A stretch of 64,000 bases of DNA from Mytilus trossulus (lineage: Eukaryota): the NCBI RefSeq assembly GCF_036588685.1, contig NC_086382.1:77128001-77192000 (forward strand), given 5' to 3'. Below the pieces are notes generated by a model. That model had not been told where the DNA came from. It searched no databases and worked only from the letters and a program-made list of their open reading frames with translations. The position numbers were made by a program, and so were the translations under genes. Within the stretch, counting starts at the first letter, position 1. Every line of letters starts with the position of its first letter. Positions 37,123-48,984 of this stretch are shown one piece after another.

Positions 37123-37412
37123 AACAAGAATGTGTCCTCAGTACACGAATGCCCCACTCACATTATCATTTTCTATGTTCAGTGGACCCTGAAATTAGGG
37201 TAAAATCTCTAATTGGGCATTAAAATTAGAAAGATCATATCATAGGCAACATGTGTACTAAGTTTGAAGTCGATTGGACTTCAACTTCATCAAAAACTAC
37301 CTTGACCAAAAACTTTAACCTGAGGCGGGACAGACGGACGGACGAAGGGACGAATGGACGCACAGACCAGAAAACATAATGCCCCTCTACTATCGTAGGT
37401 GGGGCATATAAA
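37123..37412 (+). mobile_element. Helentron/HINE-like non-autonomous element (partial relative at ~39420-39656)
   Basis: AACAAGAATGTGTCC 5' end, (GACG)n microsatellite, 3' hairpin ATGCCCC...GGGGCAT followed by an A-rich end. Confidence 0.6.
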
Positions 37413-37454
37413 GTTCTCAACTACAGAAAATGAATAAAATATAAAGATGAGAGT

Positions 37455-37658
37455 TTATGTTTGTTTTATTTTCTTTGGACTACTAGGGGTTTCAGCGGAG
37501 TCTGTTGTTCCAGTGGTCTCGGCAGAGTCTGTTGATTGTCTCTTTTTCAATCCTTTCATTTTTCTTGTCTGTAATTTACCCAAGTCCTGTTTTGTCATAT
37601 GAATTCTTCCTAGTTTACTTCCAAAGGCATCCTGGGAAATATTCTTTTTCTTTCTTGG
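37455..37658 (-). CDS. RPF2: RPF2 exon 10 (last)
   Basis: PRKKKNISQDAFGSKLGRIHMTKQDLGKLQTRKMKGLKK...*; acceptor tttttag; stop TAA at 37455-37457. Confidence 0.93.
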   Translation of the reverse strand, partial: PRKKKNISQDAFGSKLGRIHMTKQDLGKLQTRKMKGLKKRQSTDSAETTGTTDSAETPSSPKKIKQT

Positions 37659-37979
37659 CTAAAAAAAATTAAATTAAAATAATTATTGAGCAGTTATTTT
37701 TGAGATATAGTATCATGTCATGTCTAAATTTCATCTTCCTTATCAATTTTAGAAAGATAAGAAGTTTCCTATATTTCTGAGATATGATTTTATTTGTTCG
37801 ACTAAGTGGTGTATCTTATGTTTTCAAAAAGGGTTTAAGGGCTCATTTGTCATTGTTTCTGAACATTTATAACTAACACAGTTGTGTGGTAGGTAATTGA
37901 TATGGTCCCCAGCCAAGTCATACTCAAACTTATATATAGGTATTTGCTCTTATTCAGTCTGGTTTTAGAGAATTACTAT

Positions 37980-38098
37980 TGTCTCTCTAGGTACTTTCAG
38001 GGTTTGTTTATATCAACACTTGGAGGCTATTTCAAGTCTTCTCATTAATAAGTCTAAAAGAAAGAGTGCTCTCAACAAGCTCTATTCTTAGTGTTTTC
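37980..38098 (-). pseudogene. Degenerate intronic duplicate of RPF2 exon 9
   Basis: Reverse complement ACTAAGAATAGAGCTTG...AAATAGCCTC...TATAAACAAACCCTGAAAGTACCTAGAGAG parallels exon 9; frameshifted, no splice sites. Confidence 0.8.
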
Positions 38099-38108
38099 AT
38101 TGACTAAC

Positions 38109-38253
38109 CTTAGCCTCTCTAGGTACTTTCAGGGCTTGTTTATATAAATCATCAGAGGCTATTTTGGTTCTCCTCATTACAAGGTCTAAAGAAGGACCCA
38201 TCTCTGCAAGTTCTATTCTTGGTGTTCTGCTACCAGACTTTTTCAACATGATC
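38109..38253 (-). CDS. RPF2: RPF2 exon 9
   Basis: IMLKKSGSRTPRIELAEMGPSLDLVMRRTKIASDDLYKQALKVPREAK (Brix-domain ELxEMGP motif); 145 nt, AG/GT. Confidence 0.95.
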
Positions 38254-38479
38254 CTGGAGAAAAATTGATTGTTAAATCAAATAATGTATATTTTGTTATG
38301 TTACAATCATTTCTAGATACATAATTTTAGAATTATATTAAAGTCATTATTCATTATAAAGAATGTCCGTTTTATAAAAGAGGAAGATTACACACTTCAA
38401 AATTCAACCAAGTGAGAGAAAAAAATAATGTAATATTTAGAAAGTTATGTAATACCCTATAATTGTAGAATACTGCCGT

Positions 38480-38662
38480 TAGTTTTTTCGTTTGAATTGT
38501 TTTACATTGTCTTATCAGGGCCTTTTATAGCTGACTATGCGGTATGGGCTTTGCTCATTGTTGAAGGCTGTACGGTGACCTATAGTTGTTAATGTTTTTG
38601 TCATTTTGGTCTTTTGTGGATAGTTGTCTCATTAGCAATCATACCAAATCTTCTTTTTTATA
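38480..38662 (+). repeat. Dispersed SINE-like repeat 3' part (reverse copy at ~60465-60640)
   Basis: TTTGAATTGTTTTACATTGTC...GGCCTTTTATAGCTGAC...GTTGTCTCATTAGCAATCATACC; related pieces recur in the window. Confidence 0.55.
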
Positions 38663-39070
38663 TTGATACTTATTGGAGCTAAACTCTTGAAATAAAGATT
38701 ACTATTTATATTATTATTGGAGTTCTTGCTCAAAACAAAAACACATGTTATTTCAGTTTTAAATTAATATTAACATAATTGTGTATTGAAAAAAAACAAA
38801 ATATTAAGTGGTAGAACTTTTTTTTATTTAAAAGTCTTTTTATTTAAAAGTCTATAAATCAAAGAATGATATGTCCCCCATTTTACATCTTTGCACTGGT
38901 TGTAGGCCACTTAGTAGCTGAACTTGACATGCCATGTCAGTTAATTGCAGGCCAATTAGAAGCTATTGGTACTAAAACCCTTATCCCTTACCCAAGCCAT
39001 GTGATTGTTAGGCATTAAGTTGCTAAGTACTCAATCAACAATATAAGTCATGTGAGTAATTGATCATTAC

Positions 39071-39173
39071 TTGTAATTTCTGAGAAGGATCTTGTCTTTT
39101 ATAGCTGTCACACTGATAACATGTTCAACACCTGCTAATCTGATATTCTTTACTGAAGGTCCTCGGAAGAAAT
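39071..39173 (-). CDS. RPF2: RPF2 exon 8
   Basis: DFFRGPSVKNIRLAGVEHVISVTAIKDKILLRNYK; 103 nt, AG/GT. Confidence 0.95.
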
Positions 39174-39892
39174 CTGAAATTATAAGGTTTGTTTTTCAAT
39201 ATTTAAGGTGATGATGGTAAACTTATGTCTTCTTTACTTTTAATATTTAATGTGATAATCTTAGCAATATAATAAAACATTCCCTAATCTACGCAATAAA
39301 ATAAAGCATTCCCTAATCTAAGGAATATTCCATCGATATGATAGGAATGGTTGTAGGTCATTTGTGATTGAAAGTCCATTTGATGTATGCAAAAATATTT
39401 ACAGAACAGAATCATTCTGTGAAATAGACTGTGAAAATGGGGTAAAAACGCTAATTTGGCATTAAAATTAGAAAGATCATATCATAGAAAATATGTGTTC
39501 TAAGTTTCAAGTTGATTGGACTTCAACTTCATCAAAAACTACCTCGACCAAAAACTTTAACCTGAAGCAGGCAAACATCGAATAACCTAACTGAGGAACA
39601 ATCAGCCTAATGGACGCACAGACCAGAAAACATAATGGCCATAAATGGGGCATAAAAGTATGTTTGGATGCATGCAATGTTCATGAAATAGTTCATGTGC
39701 TATAATTCTGTCAAAACCAGTTAACTGGAAGGAGACTTAAACTTAATATGTAAGTCACTATTGAACAAATAAAGTTCAAATTCAGCTTCAGTTCAAAAAC
39801 TGTTACATACAAAGTTCAGTCCAAGTTAAATGTGTATGCAATTTCAAAGACCTGCGGCTGTCATTCCTCAAAAAGTCGGTAAAAAACAGAAA

Positions 39893-42307
39893 CCTTTTTT
39901 ATCTGTAGATAATTATCTTACACAAGTTCACTTACCAATGAAGAGGTTTTTTATCTGTAGATAATTATCTTACACAAGTTAACTTACCAATGAAGAGGTT
40001 TTTTTATCTGTAGATAATTATTTTACACAAGTTAACTTACCAATGAAGAGGTTTTTATCTGTAGATAATTATCTTACACAAGTTAACTTACCAATGAAGA
40101 GGTTTTTTATCTGTAGATAATTATCTTACACAAGTTAACTTACCAATGAAGAGGTTTTTTATCTGTAGATAATTATCTTACACAAGTTAACTTACCAATG
40201 AAGAGGTTTTTTATCTGTAGATAATTATCTTACACAAGTTAACTTACCAATGAAGAGGTTTTTATCTGTAGATAATTATCTTACACAAGTTAACTTACCA
40301 ATGAAGAGGTTTTTATCTGTAGATAATTATCTTACACAAGTTAACTTACCAATGAAGAGGTTTTTTATCTGTAGATAATTATCTCACACAAGTTAACTTA
40401 CCAATGAAGAGGTTTTTATCTGTAGATAATTATCTTACACAAGTTAACTTACCAATGATCTTACACAAGTTAACTTACCAATGATCTTACACAAGTTAAC
40501 TTACCAATGAAGAGGTTTTTTATCTGTAGATAATTATCTTACACAAGTTAACTTACCAATGAAGAGGTTTTTTATCTGTAGATAATTATCTTACACAAGT
40601 TCACTTACCAATGAAGAGGTTTTTTATCTGTAGATAATTATCTTACACAAGTTAACTTACCAATGAAGAGGTTTTTATCTGTAGATAATTATCTTACACA
40701 AGTTAACTTACCAATGAAGAGGTTTTTATCTGTAGATAATTATCTTACACAAGTTAACTTACCAATGAAGAGGTTTTTTATCTGTAGATAATTATCTCAC
40801 ACAAGTTAACTTACCAATGAAGAGGTTTTTATCTGTAGATAATTATCTTACACAAGTTAACTTACCAATGATCTTACACAAGTTAACTTACCAATGATCT
40901 TACACAAGTTAACTTACCAATGAAGAGGTTTTTTATCTGTAGATAATTATCTTACACAAGTTAACTTACCAATGAAGAGGTTTTTTATCTGTAGATAATT
41001 ATCTTACACAAGTTCACTTACCAATGAAGAGGTTTTTTATCTGTAGATAATTATCTTACACAAGTTAACTTACCAATGAAGAGGTTTTTATCTGTAGATA
41101 ATTATCTTACACAAGTTAACTTACCAATGAAGAGGTTTTTATCTGTAGATAATTATCTTACACAAGTTAACTTACCAATGAAGAGGTTTTTTATCTGTAG
41201 ATAATTATCTCACACAAGTTAACTTACCAATGAAGAGGTTTTTATCTGTAGATAATTATCTTACACAAGTTAACTTACCAATGATCTTACACAAGTTAAC
41301 TTACCAATGAAGAGGTTTTTTATCTGTAGATAATTATCTTACACAAGTTAACTTACCAATGAAGAGGTTTTTTATCTGTAGATAATTATCTTACACAAGT
41401 TAACTTACCAATGAAGAGGTTTTTACCTGTAGATAATTATCTTACACAAGTTAACTTACCAATGAAGAGGTTTTTATCTGTAGATAATTATCTTACACAA
41501 GTTAACTTACCAATGAAGAGGTTTTTTATCTGTAGATAATTATCTTACACAAGTTAACTTACCAATGAAGAGGTTTTTCCTTTTTTATCTGTAGATAATT
41601 ATCTCACACAAGTTAACTTACCAATGAAGAGGTTTTTTTATCTGTAGATAATTATCTTACACAAGTTAACTTACCAATGAAGAGGTTTTTATCTGTAGAT
41701 AATTATCTTACACAAGTTAACTTACCAATGAAGAGGTTTTTTATCTGTAGATAATTATCTTACACAAGTTAACTTACCAATGAAGAGGTTTTTATCTGTA
41801 GATAATTATCTTACACAAGTTAACTTACCAATGAAGAGGTTTTTTATCTGTAGATAATTATCTTACACAAGTTAACTTACCAATGAAGAGGTTTTTTATC
41901 TGTAGATAATTATCTTACACAAGTTCACTTACCAATGAAGAGGTTTTTATCTGTAGATAATTATCTTACACAAGTTAACTTACCAATGAAGAGGTTTTTT
42001 ATCTGTAGATAATTATCTTACACAAGTTAACTTACCAATGAAGAGGTTTTTATCTGTAGATAATTATCTTACACAAGTTAACTTACCAATGAAGAGGTTT
42101 TTATCTGTAGATAATGATCTTACACAAGTTAACTTACCAATGAAGAGGTTTTTATCTGTAGATAATTATCTTACACAAGTTCACTTACCAATGAAGAGGT
42201 TTTTTATCTGTAGATAATTATCTTACACAAGTTCACTTACCAATGAAGAGGTTTTTATCTGTAGATAATTATCTTACACAAGTTAACTTACCAATGAAGA
42301 GGTTTTT
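39893..42307. repeat. 51-53-bp satellite (~45 copies) containing the RPF2 exon 7 splice donor
   Basis: Minus-strand unit AAAAACCTCTTCATTG|GTAAGTTAACTTGTGTAAGATAATTATCTACAGAT; higher-order period ~413 bp (CTCAC variant at 40381, 40794, 41207). Confidence 0.95.
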
Positions 42308-42391
42308 CAGTCTTTTATGTTCTTTATCCTGTTCAAATAGTTCTCCTGTGAATATCAAACAAGGCTTGGTTCCATGAGAACACTTAGGACC
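42292..42391 (-). CDS. RPF2: RPF2 exon 7
   Basis: GPKCSHGTKPCLIFTGELFEQDKEHKRLKNLFI; 100 nt; acceptor ttttcag, donor gtaagt. Confidence 0.95.
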
Positions 42392-45300
42392 CTGAAAATA
42401 AATTAAATCAAAGATAGTATTTGATATCAAGAGAACACTTAGGACCCTGCAAATAAGTTAAATCAAAGATAGTATTTGATATAAAGAGAACACTTAGGAC
42501 CCTGTAAATAAGTTGAATCAAAGATAGTATTTGATATCAAGAGAACACTTAGGACCCTGCAAATAAATTAAATCAAAGATAGTATTTGATATCAAGAGAA
42601 CACTTTTGGACCCTGCAAATAAATTAAATCAAAGATAGTATTTGATATAAAGAGAACACTTTTGGACCCTGGAAATAAATTACATCAAAAATAGTATTTG
42701 ATATCAAGAGAACACTTAGGACTCTGTAAATAAGTTGAATCAAAGATAGTATTTGATATCAAGAGAACACTTAGGACCCTGCAAATAAGTTAAATCAAAG
42801 ATAGTATTTGATATAAAGAGAACACTTAGGACCCTGTAAATAAGTTGAATCAAAGATAGTATTTGATATCAAGAGAACACTTAGGACCCTGCAAATAAAT
42901 TAAATCAAAGATAGTATTTGATATCAAGAGAACACTTAGGACCCTGCAAATAAATTAAATCAAAGATAGTATTTGATATAAAGAGAACACTTTTGGACCC
43001 TGGAAATAAATTAAATCAAAAATAGTATTTGATATCAAGAGAACACTTAAAATTAGGACCCTGTAAATAAGTTAAATCAAAAATAGTATTTGATATCAAG
43101 AGAACACTTAAGACCCTGTAAATAAGTTAAATCAAAAATAGTATTTGATATCAAGAGAACACTTAAAATTAGGACCCTGTAAATAAGTTAAATCAAAAAT
43201 AGTATTTGATATCAAGAGAACACTTATAATTAGGACCCTGTAAATAAGTTAAATCAAAAACAGTATTTGATATCAAGAGAACACTTAGGACCCTGTAAAT
43301 AAATAAGTTAAATCAAAAGATCGTATTTGATATCAAGAGAACACTTAAAATTAGGACCCTGTAAATAAGTTAAATCAAAAATAGTATTTGATATCAAGAG
43401 AACACTTAGGACTCTGTAAATAAGTTAAATCAAAAATAGTATTTGATATCAAGAGAACACTTAGGACTCTGTAAATAAGTTAAATCAAAAATAGTATTTG
43501 ATATCAAGAGAACACTTAGGACCCTGTAAATAAGTTGAATCAAAGATAGTATTTGATATCAAGAGAACACTTAGGACCCTGTAAATAAGTTGAATCAAAG
43601 ATAGTATTTGATATCAAGAGAACACTTAGGACCCTGTAAATAAATTAAATCAAAGATAGTATTTGATATAAAGAGAACACTTAAAATTAGGACCCTGTAA
43701 ATAAGTTAAATCAAAAATAGTATTTGATATCAAGAGAACACTTAGGACCCTGTAAATAAGTTGAATCAAAGATAGTATTTGATATCAAGAGAACACTTAG
43801 GACCCTGTAAATAAGTTGAATCAAAGATAGTATTTGATATCAAGAGAACACTTAGGACCCTGTAAATAAGTTGAATCAAAGATAGTATTTGATATCAAGA
43901 GAACACTTAGGACCCTGTAAATAAATAAGTTAAATCAAAAGATCGTATTTGATATCAAGAGAACACTTAAAATTAGGACCCTGTAAATAAGTTAAATCAA
44001 AAATAGTATTTGATATCAAGAGAACACTTAGGACTCTGTAAATAACTTAAATCAAAAATAGTATTTGATATCAAGAGAACACTTAGGACCCTGTAAATAA
44101 GTTGAATCAAAGATAGTATTTGATATCAAGAGAACACTTAGGACCCTGTAAATAAGTTGAATCAAAGATAGTATTTGATATCAAGAGAACACTTAGGACC
44201 CTGTAAATAAGTTAAATCAAAGATAGTATTTGATATAAAGAGAACACTTAGGACCCTGTAAATAAGTTAAATCAAAAATAGTATTTGATATCAAGAGAAC
44301 ACTTAGGACCCTGTAAATAAGTTGAATCAAAAATAGTATTTGATATCAAGAGAACACTTAGGACCCTGTAAATAAGTTGAATCAAAGATAGTATTTGATA
44401 TCAAGAGAACACTTAGGACTCTGTAAATAAGTTAAATCAAAAATAGTATTTGATATCAAGAGAACACTTAGGACCCTGTAAATAAGTTGAATCAAAGATA
44501 GTATTTGATATCAAGAGAACACTTAGGACCCTGCAAATAAATTAAATCAAAGATAGTATTTGATATAAAGAGAACACTTTTGGACCCTGGAAATAAATTA
44601 AATCAAAAATAGTATTTGATATCAAGAGAACACTTAAAATTAGGACCCTGTAAATAAGTTAAATCAAAAATAGTATTTGATATCAAGAGAACACTTAAGA
44701 CCCTGTAAATAAGTTAAATCAAAAATAGTATTTGATATCAAGAGAACACTTAGGACCCTGTAAATAAGTTAAATCAAAAGATAGTATTTGATATCAAGAG
44801 AACACTTAAAATTAGGACCCTGTAAATAAGTTAAATCAAAAATAGTATTTGATATCAAGAGAACACTTAAGACCCTGTAAATAAGTTAAATCAAAAATAG
44901 TATTTGATATAAAGAGAACACTTAGGACCCTGTAAATAAGTTAAATCAAAAATAGTATTTGATATCAAGAGAACACTTAGGACCCTGTAAATAAGTTAAA
45001 TCAAAAGATAGTATTTGATATCAAGAGAACACTTAAAATTAGGACCCTGTAAATAAGTTAAATCAAAAATAGTATTTGATATCAAGAGAACACTTAGGAC
45101 TCTGTAAATAAGTTAAATCAAAAATAGTATTTGATATCAAGAGAACACTTAAGACTCTGTAAATAAGTTAAATCAAAAATAGTATTTGATATCAAGAGAA
45201 CACTTAGGACCCTGTAAATAAGTTGAATCAAAGATAGTATTTGATATCAAGAGAACACTTAGGACCCTGTAAATAAATAAGTTAAATCAAAAGATCGTAT

Positions 45301-46397
45301 TTGATATCAAGAAAACACTTAAAATTAGGACCCTGTAAATAAGTTAAATCAAAAATAGTATTTGATATCAAGAGAACACTTAAGACCCTGTAAATAAGTT
45401 AAATCAAAAATAGTATTTGATATCAAGAGAACACTTAGGACCCTGTAAATAAGTTAAATCAAAAGATAGTATTTGATATCAAGAGAACACTTAAAATTAG
45501 GACCCTGTAAATAAGTTAAATCAAAAATAGTATTTGATATCAAGAGAACACTTATAATTAGGACCCTGTAAATAAGTTAAATCAAAAATAGTATTTGATA
45601 TCAAGAGAACACTAAAGACTCTGTAAATAAGTTAAATCAAAAATAGTATTTGATATCAAGAGAACACTTAGGACTCTGTAAATAAGTTAAATCAAAAATA
45701 GTATTTGATATCAAGAGAACACTTAGGACCCTGTAAATAAGTTGAATCAAAGATAGTATTTGATATCAAGAGAACACTTAGGACCCTGTAAATAAATAAA
45801 TTAAATCAAAAGATCGTATTTGATATCAAGAGAACACTTAAAATTAGGACCCTGTAAATAAGTTAAATCAAAAATAGTATTTGATATCAAGAGAACACTT
45901 AGGACTCTGTAAATAAGTTAAATCAAAAATAGTATTTGATATCAAGAGAACACTTAGGACTCTGTAAATAAGTTAAATCAAAAATAGTATTTGATATCAA
46001 GAGAACACTTAGGACCCTGTAAATAAGTTGAATCAAAGATAGTATTTGATATCAAGAGAACACTTAGGACCCTGTAAATAAGTTGAATCAAAGATAGTAT
46101 TTGATATCAAGAGAACACTTAGGACTCTGTAAATAAATTAAATCAAAGATAGTATTTGATATCAAGAGAACACTTAGGACCCTGTAAATAAATTAAATCA
46201 AAAGATAGTATTTGATATCAAGAGAACACTTAGGACCCTGTAAATAAGTTAAATCAAAAATAGTATTTGATATCAAGAGAACACTTAGGACTCTGTAAAT
46301 AAGTTAAATCAAAAATAGTATTTGATATCAAGAGAACACTTAGGACCCTGTAAATAAGTTAAATCAAAAGATAGTATTTGATATCAAGAGAATACTT
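42376..46397. repeat. 55-61-bp satellite (~70 copies) containing the RPF2 exon 7 splice acceptor
   Basis: Minus-strand unit TTGATATCAAATACTATCTTTGATTTAACTTATTTACAG|GGTCCTAAGTGTTCTC. Confidence 0.95.
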
Positions 46398-46471
46398 GTT
46401 AAATCTAAGATGAATTTGATATCATAAAATCATAAACAAGGAACTTGTTAATTTCTAAATGTAAGTGAGTA

Positions 46472-46584
46472 AAGTCAAGATATGAGGCCGACTTAACCGT
46501 ATCTGTTGCATCCTTTATCTCTAGTTCGATTGGATAGATGCGTTCAACATAGTCACCAAATTTTGAATTATTTAGTGAGAGAAC
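46472..46584 (-). mobile_element. Penelope-like element RT fragment
   Basis: Reverse complement translates VLSLNNSKFGDYVERIYPIELEIKDATDTVKSASYLD, the segment following YIDD in PLE reverse transcriptases. Confidence 0.75.
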
Positions 46585-46868
46585 TATAGTTCCTGAGAAG
46601 GATGCAACATAAAATTTTCATGGGAAGAACAGACAGAGATAAAATAGTATATCCCACTTTTTCACAGATTGTACATAATTATAAATAGATAGTAACCACA
46701 TGTAATTTGAGGTTACAGGTCTGGTCGATTTCTTGTCACAGGATTAAAATTAATTATCGCTGCTTGTGTTTTTTTCCTTATGACTATGTTGTTGTCTTTC
46801 TTTGACTTATAAAAGACTGCCTGTCTTATATCTTAAGTCTCTTTCTTTGTTACAAAGGATAAACCTAC

Positions 46869-46945
46869 CTCTATTTCAGCCATAGGTGTAAATTTATCCA
46901 CACCCAACTCTATCATATCTAACACATGGAAATCAAATAATCGCC
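46869..46945 (-). CDS. RPF2: RPF2 exon 6
   Basis: (G)RLFDFHVLDMIELGVDKFTPMAEIE; 77 nt, AG/GT. Confidence 0.95.
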
Positions 46946-47227
46946 CTACAATATATAAAGTGAATGTGATAAAAGATGTAATAAAATCTTGCAAGAAAAG
47001 ATATTTTAATGCAACTTGGATGTAACATTTTTTTTTATTTGACGGTCGCAAATCTCCGTTTTACTGTCTCCGCTATGCATTGCCAGTAAAACTGCATTTG
47101 CAACCGTCAAATCTCCGTTTTACTGTCTCCGCTATGCGTTGCCAGTAAAACTGCATTTGCGACCGTCAAATCTACAATTGACGGTGGCAACTCTTCAACT
47201 ACAGTACTGTTATTCCTTAAGTGTACT

Positions 47228-47570
47228 TTATCACACCGCTGGTAAAATATCACGTTTTGATTGGTTTAACGCCGTCACGTGGTGACCCCATATGAGACTG
47301 TAGGGGGTTAGTAAATTTCATAGAAGTTTCATGACGCATTAATGGTGACGTCATCTATTAATGTTGTTGTGTTTCATTGTATTTTTTCAACATGACGCAG
47401 CAGAAAAGTCCAGCCTGCGATAAATTCGTTATACAGTTTTAAAACTACTGACCCCCTACGGGCCATAGAGGGTGAATAAAATCCATAGGAGATTCGGCCT
47501 CCCGCCTCACCCCTTATGAATTTTACTAACCCTCTATGGATCCGTAGGGGTCAGTAGCGAACCATATAAC
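47228..47570. mobile_element. Small non-autonomous element with a long internal imperfect palindrome (possibly Crypton-derived)
   Basis: CTACTGACCCCCTACGG...ATAGAGGGT and ACCCTCTATGGATCCGTAGGGGGTCAGTAG arms at ~47445-47558; TGATTGG motif near the left end. Family assignment is weak. Confidence 0.4.
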
Positions 47571-47804
47571 TTAAAGTATGGTGTAGCATATCTAACACAA
47601 AAATCCCATTCACACTTGATAGACCACAGCGTTATTATTGATTTTCTTTATTTTATAGTGGAGGATATATTTGTTATCAAAGCTATAAACATTTGATTTG
47701 CCGACATAATAGTGTATACAAAAATAATTATATATAAATAAGCAGTTGCAAAATCAACATTAAACATAGTAATACATAAATGGTTAAAAAGTAAAATTCA
47801 TTTA

Positions 47805-48460
47805 GGGTGCAATCAACAGTTTTTATCTATGACGTCATATTTTGAGGGACCATCTATAATTGACCCTTAGTGGTGTTATAATGTTAATGAAGATACTTGT
47901 ATAAAACTAGATATCATTAGAATCAGAATTTTCTCTAGTTTATAATGAAATAAAAATAAATTGTACTTTTAATAGTACCAAAAAGTTTTATCCAGAGAAA
48001 ATGGGAAAAAACATTGCCTAATCTATGCATAAAAAACATTAAATCAGGCCATGTGCACACCCATGCAGACATGATACATGCACATTTTTCATATTCAAAA
48101 CTGTATGAATTTCATAGGTTTTTACCTGGTCTTTCTAAAAATTTATGCTTCAGGCTACGTTCGCCTGCTCCGGAAAAAGCTACAGTGGGTGCAAATAAGT
48201 TTTGCACTTTTCAATGCTAAAAAAACAGGATGTTTACAGTTTGTCTCCCCTTAAAACATGTGTATTTAATCTAATTTTTAAAAATTATTTTAATCATTCA
48301 ACCTGTTTTAATTGAAGCTAATTAACTTATTTTTACAATCAAATATAAAAAACATGATACTTTTTTACCAATTATGTTGATAAAAAGGGACTTCCCTCCA
48401 AGTCTATTTTTAGTCGGGGAATAACCCCTAGTTTTTTATACGAAACTGTTTATAGCACCC
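47805..48460. mobile_element. MITE with GGGTGC-TATAAACAGTTT-type TIRs (Kolobok-like)
   Basis: GGGTGCAATCAACAGTTT at 47805 and AAACTGTTTATAGCACCC ending at 48460; flanks TTTA/TTAG resemble a decayed TTAA TSD. Confidence 0.55.
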
Positions 48461-48743
48461 TTAGGCATCGATATCGACTATAAATACAAGTATGTACAGT
48501 TTAAAAATCTGTGTAATAAAAGATATGAAATAAAACAAATATGGTGATGCTAAAATGCAGTCTAGAGTTGACATCCTTCACTTGTACTGAAAATTCTGTA
48601 TAGTGTTTTATGCATTAAATATTTCTGTTTTAATACTACATGTAATATCTACATGACCTTTGCACAAGATTTGAAACATAATCACAAAATTTTGGTGAAT
48701 CCCTTTGACTTTGACTAATTCAGGTTAGACTGTAATACCATAC

Positions 48744-48825
48744 CTAATACTAAGTTGTCAGGTCTTTTCTTTGAATGACAGCCAAACATAAATAATGAGG
48801 CATCAGATTTCTTGGAAAAAAATTC
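48744..48825 (-). CDS. RPF2: RPF2 exon 5
   Basis: EFFSKKSDASLFMFGCHSKKRPDNLVL(G); 82 nt, AG/GT. Confidence 0.95.
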
Positions 48826-48984
48826 CTAAAACACATTTTAAAATCACACTGTAATGAAACAAACATCTAACTTACTTAGTCATTCTGATGAGAGCTTAAA
48901 CAAACTAATAATACAATGTACAAGTTAGATTTCATATAATTGTTGTCCAACAGTTAAATTTGAAGAAGCCAACAATCGCCCTAT

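Noticed and set aside
39893-46397. CRISPR-like appearance of the regular arrays (also 30403-32195 and 51515-53480)
   Set aside because: Units are head-to-tail with no unique spacers, there are no cas genes, and the context is eukaryotic and intronic; these are satellites.
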